Source: Lophium mytilinum (lineage: Eukaryota). From it: a stretch of DNA of 64,000 nucleotides. Below, piece after piece: positions 27,152-37,474 of this stretch. The translations under genes and the position numbers were made by a program. The first letter of the stretch is position 1. Each line of letters begins with the position of its first letter. Location: NCBI GenBank assembly GCA_010093605.1, contig MU004184.1:506801-570800 (forward strand). Reading direction: 5' to 3'. The notes under the pieces are model-generated. The model was not told the DNA's origin. It ran no database searches and saw nothing but the letters and a program-made list of their open reading frames with translations.

Positions 27152-27394
27152 CTACTTCTTGCAGTGATCGCACTCCGAAGCGTCACGCTTGACGAAGTTG
27201 TCCGTATCTGGATACAAAGGTGTTGTCCCTAAGGCCTCATCATCGCAGTCGCAATACGTGTATTTACTCTGTCTTCGGTTTACGCACGAAGATCGGGAAC
27301 CTTCGTCGCCTTTCGATAGTTTGCCGCATGTGTTGCATTTCTTCCAGAAATACCAGCATTGGACTTCCAGGCGCAGGCTGCTGAGTTCGGGCAT
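27152..27394 (-). CDS. Small 8-cysteine protein B (80 aa), paralogue of A
   Basis: C-x6-C-x2-C-x13-C-x10-C-x-C-x24-C-x2-C; 5'UTR intron 27484-27440 (GTGAGC..GCTGAC..TAG); TATA at about 27673-27681. Confidence 0.65.
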   Translation of the reverse strand: MPELSSLRLEVQCWYFWKKCNTCGKLSKGDEGSRSSCVNRRQSKYTYCDCDDEALGTTPLYPDTDNFVKRDASECDHCKK

Positions 27395-27737
27395 GATGCA
27401 ATGCTCTTAGAAGCTTGGAATAATGGGCGTTCTTGGTATCTACGGTCAGCCTCTAGCATCTAGCTGGTATTGGAGAGCGCTCACTCGTAAGAAGCAGGGT
27501 GAGTTCGAGATAGATTTGTTTTGTTCGTTGATCGCCTGCTGGCTTATGGGATATTAAAGCCGAAGAAGTATGAATGGATGTATCGACGGTTGATAGTTGT
27601 GAATGCTTGCTCGTTCAATTTGGTAGGTTGTAGGTGGATGTGGATGACGGAGGAATACTGCCATTGACGCAGTATATATACATGCTTGAGCTCGGTCTCT
27701 GCTTGGCTTTTCGATGACTATACTGCTCCCAAACTAC

Positions 27738-28150
27738 ATGACTGGTATGAAACTTGGCTATTGCGGCGGTTATTCTCAACGACATGAAACCACTGACTGC
27801 GATCTAGTCATATATGTAGCAGGAGAGATATTTCGCAACCGGCCTCGAGCCTCTATTTCGAATTATTTCTCGACTCGACCGCATGACTGGCATGAAACTT
27901 GGCTATTGCCGCGATGATTCTGCAAGAATTGAAACAGTTGACTGTAACTCTAGTCATAGATATAGAACGGAAGATATTTCGCAACTGATTCGCAAGATCC
28001 TTTCTTCAATTGTACTTCAAATCGACCGCATGACCTGTATGAAACGTGGCTATTGCGGCGATGACTCTCGAGGATATGAAACGACTGACTGCGACTCTAG
28101 TCATGAACGCAGAACGAGAGATGTGTCGCAGCATGACGACTCAGAATAGG
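27738..28150. repeat. Three degenerate tandem copies of a ~145-bp unit
   Basis: atgac(t/c)(g/t)g(t/c)atgaaac(t/g)tggctattgc(g/c)gcg...tgactg(c/t)...tctagtcat...gagatatttcgcaac at 27738, 27883 and 28030; a single related copy lies at about 26605-26690. Confidence 0.9.
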
Positions 28151-28525
28151 TTGCGTTGCGATTAATAGAGTTTGATTGCTCTTGTCGCTGGGCAGGTGAA
28201 TTAAGGAAGAGGCTTTCACGCGATTTGTTTGAACTCTATGAGGTCTTGTCGTTGAGGACTTCACTCTTTCCGTAGGCCAGGGCCGTTACCTCGTTGTTTG
28301 AGTGCTGGTTATTAGCACCTCGATTACAATCTTCACTCTTTCAGTCCCCCTAGTCCAGTCAGAACATCTAGCCGCTCTACGTGCGACTCCCGAGAACGCA
28401 ATTCACAGCCCATCCAAAGCACAAAAATAACTTCTTAAGCCCCTCGGAAGCCGCAGCTCCAGCTCCAGCTCCAGCTCCTCCTCTCTACCCAGTATTCCCA
28501 CCGATCCCCTCAACTTCCCCAAAAA

Positions 28526-28810
28526 TCACGAACCCCCAAAACACTTCCAACACCCCCCTACCGCGTCCTTCACCGAATCCGCCCCTCCAGCTTCGCGTCC
28601 CGCCAACACATAGTTAAGCGTCCGCATGATCCCATCCAGCAGCGTCAAGATCTGCGCCTGAAACAACAGGAGCAGGAAGAACATCGCTCCCGCAACAACA
28701 GCGATGATGCGTAAAGCCGTGAAATTCGGGGTTGGATTCCGTTTCTGGGCGGAGAGGGATTCGGGGTCGATGCGGTGGTAGGTGGGTGGAGGGGAGAGGG
28801 AGTCAGTCAT
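28526..28810 (-). CDS. Possible small single-pass membrane protein (94 aa)
   Basis: ATG-initiated ORF with an N-terminal PPTY motif and a hydrophobic stretch IIAVVAGAMFFLLLLF; no recognisable family. Confidence 0.35.
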   Translation of the reverse strand: MTDSLSPPPTYHRIDPESLSAQKRNPTPNFTALRIIAVVAGAMFFLLLLFQAQILTLLDGIMRTLNYVLAGREAGGADSVKDAVGGCWKCFGGS

Positions 28811-30019
28811 GCTGAAGTAGATTGGAAGATGTGGGTGCGTGATTTATTATTATGTATAGTACGAGGCTGGGGAGGTGGAGCTTTAACTTTCTTTCCCTGT
28901 GGTTTTGGACGTCTGTGGCGAGGTGGTTGAGGTCTAGAGGGCTTGTGTAGGTAGCGGGGGAGATTGGGGTGGCTGCTTGTTGCCTGATTTGGGGTTCAAT
29001 GGGTTGCGGGAGGCTTTGTTGTGGTGGAGGGCTTTGACTAGACTTTTTAGCGATGGACAAAGTTCGAGGAGTGATGTTCAGAACTCGCGAGATCGCGACA
29101 TGGATATGGCTCATTAGAGAAGACATGATGATCCTACTAATTAATAAGGAGGGTGATACTGGGACTCACGTGTAGCCATACTCTAGAATACTTTCGAGGC
29201 TATCGACAGTAGGCTTAAACGCAAGCATGTAGAACTACAGATATTTCCTCCATGTGGGATAGGAGGGAACAAAGTACGACTCTTCTAATTCTCTTAACTT
29301 AAATAGTACCCCGTGCAAAATTCAAACATCAAAGTTGAGTACGTACGCTGTCCTCAACTTTCCTATGCAGAATCTTCCTTGTCATAATATTACGGCGCCT
29401 CGAACCCACAACTCCCGAGCGGGAAGGTAACACATCCCTTATCCTCTCAACTCTCCTATTTCCTGAGCTTTCTCCCGCCGCCGGTATACCACCTGCAACT
29501 ACTCCGCCCAACTACGGTACCAGATGTTGGAAGACTCCGGCGCCGAAGCCCTGATTGGTCGATTGCAGTCCTTGCAGGGATCACCTACCTGCGATATTGA
29601 CGCGGGACGGCAGAGCTGCAGGAAGGATGTCGTGAAACCGAATCGAGGGCCCAGAACAGCTTGCTTTGGTGGTAGGATGCTCTACGTCCAGGCCATCGGT
29701 GTCAGCAGAATGGCTTAGCTGCAGGCGGAGTAGGGGATATCTGATATTTTATATCTGCAACCCGGGTGCAGGTAGCTATATCAAGTGGCTCTGCCCACAT
29801 GGGTGGGAAGGTAACGCACCTGGATTGTCTCACCGACCCCATCCGCGTTGATCAATCGATGACGTCGGGTTGAAGTCGCTGTTTCGTTTTCCTCATCTGC
29901 TTGGAGAGCCGTTGATATCTTCTTCGTTGAGGTTTGACGCGTGTTTCTGATCCATTACTCGTCGTCCGCAACTCCACTCTGGTCATTATAAGCAGACCAG
30001 GCCGCTCGATCTCGAAGCC

Positions 30020-31078
30020 ATGGCCTCCGCCGAGGTCGAGACTCCAGCAGTGGATCCAACCCCAGCGCTTCCAGACTACCTCACCGACCAGAACGCTGTC
30101 CTCGGCGATGTCGAGGCAACATGGCGATACGGCAAACCACCAGACTACTCGAACACGCGGAAGGTCTTTGAAGAGAGTAAGCAGCCACCTACCTCCTCTC
30201 CAGATCCTTGCCCTCGTTGACATATTCAGCGAAATCCAAGATCCATCCAGCAACCACCCTGCCCGCCCTCGTCCAGAACCTCATCAAGAATTGGGAAGTC
30301 GAAGCCTCCTTCAAACCCGACCTCCGCGACTGGCGCACCATCGACCACGCCAACTATTCCTTCGCGATAAACGGAGGCCCGCCACAGACGGCTGAGCATA
30401 TGCTGAAAGTCGGGACGTACAACGCGATCGTGTGTCCGAACGAGTATTACAGTCCCGAGCATAGCGATTTCGCGGCGAGCCATAAAACGTTCAAGCGTAT
30501 GATGCCCACGTTCGCGTGGGAGGTGCTGGAGATGTATAGTGGTCCGCCGCAGGTTGCGTTTCGGTGGAGGCATTGGGGGGTTATGGAGAGGGATTATGTT
30601 GGGTTCAATGAGTGAGTGTACCTAGTGAATTGAATCTTTCTGGAAGAGAGGTGAAGTATTGTAAGGCTGATTGAGCGATAGTAAAGGAGAGAAGGTCACC
30701 GCGAAAGCCCACGGCGGCCCGATTGATATCCAAGGCGTGACGGTAGCGACTGTAGATGAGAGGGTTCGACTGCAAAGAGTCGAGACGTGGTTTGACCCTA
30801 TGGAGATGTTTCGACAGATTGCGCCTAAGGGGGTTGTGAATAAGGAGATTGTTTCTGAGAAAGAGAAGGCGGGGGATGAGGAGGATGAGGAAAGCAAACC
30901 CTCGACGAAAGAAACGCAGGTCTCTCAACAGCACCCGCACAATATGGAAGAGATAGTCAAACCGGCCCCTGGGGAGGCTGTTGTTGCCCCTGTCGAAAGC
31001 GAGGAGGTGAACTTGACGCAGGAAGAGATGTCAAATATTACTCCGGCTGAGTTCCCAAATCTGATGAACAAGGAGTAG
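30020..31078 (+). CDS. Pathogen-related protein (plant PRP-like, NTF2/SnoaL-like fold); introns 30177-30229 and 30612-30681
   Basis: WRYGKPPDY, LVQNLIKNWEVEASFK, GTYNA, SHKTFKRMMPTFAWEVLEMYSGPPQVAFRWRHWG match this family as I recall it; splice sites keep the frame. Confidence 0.85.
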
Positions 31079-34000
31079 GTCTTGATTTCTCCATCTTAGT
31101 TGGTTACGGGTCCTAGTGTTTTGAATTGTTGGAAAGAGCTCTTTTTTTATTCATCTGACTGTATACAACATTCATCGCGGCATGAAGCGAATCGTTATGA
31201 CTTAGCGACTTTCCTAGAGCAGGCAGAATTCAGCTTTGCCAGCTGTACAAAACACATCCTATTTAGGCGTTGCTCTGATCCTTCGTGGAGTGGAGGCATG
31301 AATAAGATTGAAATCGGCCTGGGTACTATTCCTACGACTTGGTTGGTTACTGAAAATAAGTAGAAACTCAGCTCTTACTAGTTACAGCTACACACCGACA
31401 TTTTAAGGCGTCTTCACGGCCCTCTGTGGTGTTGATAGTGCTTATCTAGCTGAGGTGTGGAGTACCCAACACGAGTCTAGCGCGGAGGAATGGTCAGCCT
31501 TCAGGAATCCATTTTCCCCAGGCTGCTGCGAATTTCTTTCTTCTTTCCTGCTTCTCGAAACGGCCCCCTGATCGCAGCGTCAGCCTCCTACGTTGATCCT
31601 CCACACCCAGAAGGTGCGAAGTCGCGAGGCCGACGACCTGGCGATCGCGATTTGCGAGTTCGTCGGACTTCGCTCTCGTGCCTGAGGCGACGTCGCAGCA
31701 CACCACCTTTTCTCATCCAAAGGACTCCGGCAGCAACCAAGTGCCAGAGCGCGGGCTAGGCATCTTCGCCATCGCCACTTGCTTCTGCGATGATGAGGGC
31801 GATTCCGATCTCGGCGGCAACGTGTCTTTGCCGCCAGCGATGACTGTGACTCGGGAGTTTCACGCCCAGCGCTTGCTGGCGGGTGGTACCCATCCCACAC
31901 AGGCTCCAGCCTCGCATTCGACAAAGCTCTGCCAGTCACGCCGCTGTCAGCGCCATCGCGAGGCCGACGGCACCCGTGGTCAACTGGTCATGCTTCACTC
32001 ATGTGCCCCATTCCTTTGTGGTTGACTGTCAACAAACCGTGTGGCGCATGAAACTCCAAGCAGGCAGAAGCGTCGCAGGTGCCTAGACCCAAATTAGCGG
32101 TAGGGTAGCGCTATCCCGGTGCCCGTGGGAGAGTTGACTCAGCGCGCCACCAATGCCGCCCTTTGACCCTTTCATCCTTTGTGAGATTATTCCCCAGGGG
32201 TCGGCCGAGCTCGTGATCGAGCTGGAGGATGAGAACGAACGCTGGGCTGGGCACAAAAAGGAGGTATCTCGGGTGGTCGGCGCCGATGGTGATGAGTCTG
32301 CGGGAAATCTCTGCAGTGGACTGCTGGACTGCGGTCTGGCTTCAGACTGCATGGCCGTTCTGCCGTTGTCTCACGGGCACCGGCAAAAGTCGGATGGGGG
32401 TTCCAGTTGTCTCCAGACTGCTGTGCCACTTCCAAGGTTTGCTGCTGCGTGTCATGGCCCACTTATTTGAAGACCGGCCCGGCAGCGTCCGCTGGATGAC
32501 CATCGAGCTTTTGAAGTGGCGTCTCCAGACTGCCACTGCATTCGGCTCTCGTTTAATCTGCCGTGTTGATCTTGTTCTCGGTGTCTTCAGACCAGCAGAT
32601 CGTGAGTGTCGGCAGGCCTGTTGCAGCGGCAGAAGTACGAGGACCACTGCGCTGATTTGAAGCTTGCAGCACCCTCCGCGTCGCACCGTCGCACGCTCCA
32701 CGGAGCACTCAAGGAGGTGTGTCGCGTCCCCAGCGATTGCGGGCAGCTGGGTGAGTCAAATGGCAGCTAATAGTGCCCGAGGTGGCAAGGCTGATATGCC
32801 AAGGCGGGCAATAGGCACGCTCTGGGCGCAAGCGTTCTCCATTGTTCGTGAATGCATCCACACCAGCCCGGGGAGCGGCGCGAGGAGCGAATGAAGCTTG
32901 AGCACGCATCTGATGAGGGGAAGAGGACGCCATGGTGGCCAGCGGGGGCGCGATAGGCTGCACTACGACGGGCGGTGGACGCTGCGCAGAGGCACGCAAG
33001 CAGAGTGGAGCTGATACCCAGCAAGCCATGGCAGCAATCGTCCAGCTGTTCCCTTTGACTGACGCAACTGCAAACCTCGCAGCCCTGAGGCGCTGAAGCA
33101 CGGCGGCGGGAACGACGACGAACTGTCCTCTGCGCTGCGCTCGGCCCGGTGCCTGGCCGTCAGTGAACAGCCACCTTGCGTGCGATCAACCCATCACTCA
33201 GCCTCGTTAAGCAGGCGGCGGTGTTGCTGCGACGATGGCCTCGAGAGCGCCAGGCTGCCCCAAGACGCACGGGTGCTGCGTTTGATGGCAGTGTCGCCAG
33301 CCCTGATATCGCGGCCGCCGCAAACAGTGCCCCAAACCGCACTGTGGAAGCAAATAATAGACAGCAGCGGAAATTCGGCAGCAATTATTCATAGCAAATG
33401 AGAAGCGCGTGGGAGGCCCAATAGGGCGTTCTCCATTAGAATGGCAGTGAGTGGCCAAATTCTCGGGGGGCAAGGAGGGTGTGGGCGCGGACCACCAGGC
33501 GCTGAGCCCGTCGACTCATCCGCGCTGGGCTGTCTATCATCAAAACCGCCTCTCGCCCCCCTCCCAAGCCCGAACCCATCGCCAAAAATGACCCCCTCAA
33601 TACCCAACATCGATCCCTCGGGGACGCAGTAGCTGCAGCCTGCGCACGAACAGCTCCATCACCGTCACCGTCGCCCGCTCTACTCTCAACTCAGTCTTCT
33701 GTTCCGTCCTACGACCTTTGTCCTCTTCTTCTTCTTCAGCCAGCAGCTTTGTCTCGGGACTTTGCCGCCTCGACCCTGCTGCCGCCTACCCCAAGACTCA
33801 TCAGCACACAGTCATTCACTGCGCCGGCCCTTTAATTCCAGCACTGGCCCCGTGCATTCTGCTACAGACCCCCCTCCCGACTCCCTTCGACAGCCTTGCC
33901 GTGCTGCTGTAGCTCTTGCCTCGTTTACTCGATCGCGACCGCCGCACCAGAACGCCATCACCGCCGAGCCCCAACGTCAACCCCAACCGTCACCCCAACA

Positions 34001-34163
34001 CCTCGAATCTTCACTCCATCACCCCGTGGCCCTGCCTCAATAATATCTCGCTGCCTATTTCGCCGCGCCGTGTGACTCGTCAGCCGACCGTGAAGCTGCT
34101 CTTTCTGGTGACCTCCCTCGTCATCAACTGAACACTTCTCCCTCGACCAACCAGCTCCACACC

Positions 34164-34262
34164 ATGCACCCCACGTCTCCAACTACTCCAGTCTCTCGTC
34201 GCTCAGATATCACACTCTCAACCGGAAACAAGGCCACCATCATTGGAGGCTCCCGCTATTAG
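34164..34262 (+). promoter_or_regulatory. Upstream ORF (32 aa) in the putative long 5' leader of the cyclin gene
   Basis: CACACCATGC context; MHPTSPTTPVSRRSDITLSTGNKATIIGGSRY*; the only plus-strand ATG I found between 33591 and 34902. Confidence 0.6.
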
Positions 34263-34902
34263 ACACCCGCGACCTTCGAATTCCGGCTTTTACGGCGACA
34301 CTGTCGTCCTAGGAGCTCTCTCGAAGCGATTGCGGTCCGGTCTTGCATACACAGGTCTTGTTTTTGTGATTCTGAGGCGGACTAGTGACTGGAGTCACTA
34401 TCGGCAAGCGAACGGACCGAACTGAGCAGTTATTGTTCAGCAACCTCTCCAATCGTGCGCCTGCTGCCACCACCTCTCCTACTACACCACCCGCGCATCA
34501 TCTGCTCTCCTCCCGAGTTCCTGCATCCTCTGGTCTTTTTGCCATTCGCTCGACTCCGCACGGCATTTGCTGTCCGGACTCCGTTTGAAAGGCTCATTAG
34601 CACGTTTGGCCGCTGGAACGAGCTTCCTAAGGAAGAAAGCAGAAGGAAAAATCGCGACTGCATCAGCTGTCGAAATCAGCCCACGCGTGGCTTGTAGGGC
34701 GTCATCCCGAACGGTTCGTCTATCGGTTAATCTCAGGTCACCCCACGACCACTCGATCACGTTTCTCTACCTTACGACTCGTCCCCAGCCTTACCAGGTT
34801 GACACGATAGGGTAATCCAAACAAAAGCTCTATCTCCCCTCAGTCCTTTATCCACTTTCATATCACGGGTTTCTTTTGCCTACTCTTCCACCTTTCATCA
34901 AC

Positions 34903-37037
34903 ATGGGCCTCGACCAACAATCAAGTCTTGGCACTTCGCCTCCTCGGAGCCACCCATATGCCTCATCGCTCTCTTCATCGGCATCCTCTTCTATGTCCTC
35001 CGTCTTCTCGGTCGATGCCGCCTCTTCGCAAACAACCACGTCGTCAGTCTCCAGCTCGCAGATTGGCTGGGAATCGGAAGAGGGTTGGAGCTCATCGCGG
35101 CCCGTCGCTGCACCAATCAACGACGTCAATGGTGTGAACAGCTTCGCACCAATCAGCCGTGTCAGCACGTTCCCGCAGTATCAGCCGCAAGCATGCCACG
35201 ACTCCGCTGCCGAGCGCGTCCTTCCTCCTCTGAGGTCCGACTTGCCCGTCCCTGCGGAGCAACGCCAGCATCCCCGACGCTCATCAACAGCTTCTGCACG
35301 TCCACCGCCAGCTCTAGTTCGCCAGTGCGAGCGTAGGGTCAACTTCGTGGATGGTCTAGTCGGTAAGCAGTATTCCTGTTCGTGTGTATATTGATGCGTT
35401 TCATTCGCTAAGCCGTTTTCTTCTTTCAAGATTCTGCAACTCAGATGGTCGAGTGCATTTGGCCTCTCTCAGTTCCCTCCAGCCGCTGCGAGGCTGCTAG
35501 TGGCCGTGGTGTCTTGCCTCTCCGGACCTTCATCCAGGAGACCCTTCGCCGCTCCCGAACCAGCTATTCGACGCTCCAGGTCGCACTCTACTACCTGATC
35601 CTCATCAAGTCCCATGTTCCCAAACACGACTTCACCATGCAGCAACCGGAAGACACCCAATCATGCCGTGCGCTCCAGTGCGGTCGACGCATGTTCCTAG
35701 CTGCTCTCATCCTCGCGTCGAAGTATCTGCAAGACCGCAACTACTCTGCTCGCGCTTGGGCCAAGATCTCAGGCTTGAAGGTCTGCGAGATCAACACGAA
35801 CGAGATGGCTTTCCTCACCGCCGTCAACTGGAAGCTTCACATCACCGATCCCACCTGGGAGCGTTGGCAGAAGGTCGTCCTCGACAACACCCCTACCCAG
35901 CACCCCCCGCCTCCTGGTGCTGGAGCGCTTTCCGTCAGCTCGAACATGTCTTATTGGCGCGCCATAATTCCCAACCTGACTCCAGAGCTGGACGTTATCG
36001 AGCTTCCTTCCGAGGTACAAGTTCTTAAGCCCAAGCACCAGCAAGAGTTCCACGTCCGCCCTGCTCTGCGAACCCCCACCTGGACAGAAGGCTGCTCATC
36101 CCAGGAGACTACGCCCACTCCGTCGCACTACAAGCTTCCGCGGTTCTTGGAGCCCAAGCCCGACATGCTGCCTCCTACGCCGACTCTGCCTCGCATGGGC
36201 CCCTTGCCAACACCGAACTTGACTCCTCAATCGATTGCCTCTTCCACTCCTGCTGCGAGTGCCATGGCTTTCGGATCGAGGCGTCCATCCATGTGTGCAG
36301 CAATGGCTCAGGCTCAGAGCGCCTCACTAGCTCGCACTTGCATGGATCAATGGTCTGTGAGGACTGGCTTGGAGGCTTACCAGTTTAGTGGCCGCCGACC
36401 GTCGCTTGCCCCCTCAAATGCTTCTTCCTCATCGTCTCCCGAGTCTATGGTCATGGACACTTCCCGCTCTTCCCGCGCATCGTCGATCTCGTCCGTCTCA
36501 TCCGCAGGCTGGGCGCCGGTCCAGGCCAAATTGGCCCGACTGGCGACTTGCCGATCAGCGAGACTGCCGTACCCGGCCATGCAGAAGCTGGAGGTTACCG
36601 AGTATCCTATGGAGCCCATGTCCTCGCCCAATCTAGACAGCTTCCACATCGACGATGTTGAGATCAAGCAGTTCGACAGCCCATTGTCCATGCGTAGCAC
36701 TCACGAGAAGAAGTTGAACGGCCGGAAGCGTGGCCGATCGTCTGTAGACTTACAGAAGAACGTCCGCCATCTACTGAACATTTCCCACTCGGTGTCCAAC
36801 CTCCGCGGCTCCAACATGGTGCTGCCCGACCGCTCCGCCGCCACGTCGTTTCTTCTCCCAGACCCAACCAGCAACAGGACCCCCCCTCTGGGCTCCCAGT
36901 CGCCGATGTCCATGTCGCCGGAACGCCGCCTGCCAATAGAGAAGAATTTCGGCCATAAGCGTGCGTGCGCGACGGAGGCTGTGCCAACCTTCCAGCGTGG
37001 TCCGGGTGGCCCAGGAATGTGGAAGGACGTGTTGTAG
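34903..37037 (+). CDS. Pho85-type cyclin, PCL5/Clg1-like; intron 35363-35430
   Basis: NFVDGLV|DSATQMVECIWP, LRTFIQETLRRSRTSYSTLQVALYYL, CGRRMFLAALILASKYLQDRNYSARAWAKISGL cyclin box; long Ser/Pro-rich tail. Confidence 0.9.
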
Positions 37038-37474
37038 CACCATTAACAACTACATACACTACCACCAGACCCCCTACAAAATACCCCTTACCGTGTACAT
37101 TGACCAACACAAGCCACAATTACCTCCTTTTCTTTCTTTTTCTTTTTCTTTTAACTACGTGGAGGGGGCCTCTGCGTCTTAATCCGGCGTTCTTGGGAAA
37201 CCCTGCGGAGGGCGGGCGAGGGGAACCGGTACCCCGAGCCTGCCCTTCCGCAGGGTTGGGAACGGGCCGGAAATGGCAGTTTTGTAGGTTTATTGCGAGG
37301 GAGAGGGGGAGCTGGTGGGTGGCAGATAGTGAATCAATTAGGGTCGAAGACCTTGTTATATGTACGCGTTGTTGTGACTAGGTGACCTTGTTGTATGTTC
37401 GTGTTGTTGTGACTACTTGATGTGATGTGGTGTGGTGAGGGAGAAGGGGTTAGATACAATACTGCTTAGACTCT

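Larger units (their letters stand above)
25505..27800. repeat. Ancient tandem duplication, two units of about 1.1-1.2 kb (about 25505-26700 and 26700-27800)
   Basis: aagaagacattcacttggctaactagtgataaacag (25511) vs aagaagacattgacttagctaactagttataaacag (26701); gtaggtggatgcggatggtggaggaata...tatatac..gcttgagc...cttggctttcgatgactatact (26497-26590) vs the same block at 27630-27725. Confidence 0.85.

Noticed and set aside
31400..33600. Numerous overlapping 60-140 aa ORFs upstream of the cyclin
   Set aside because: GC-rich regulatory-type DNA with ORFs in all frames, lacking codon bias or domain motifs.
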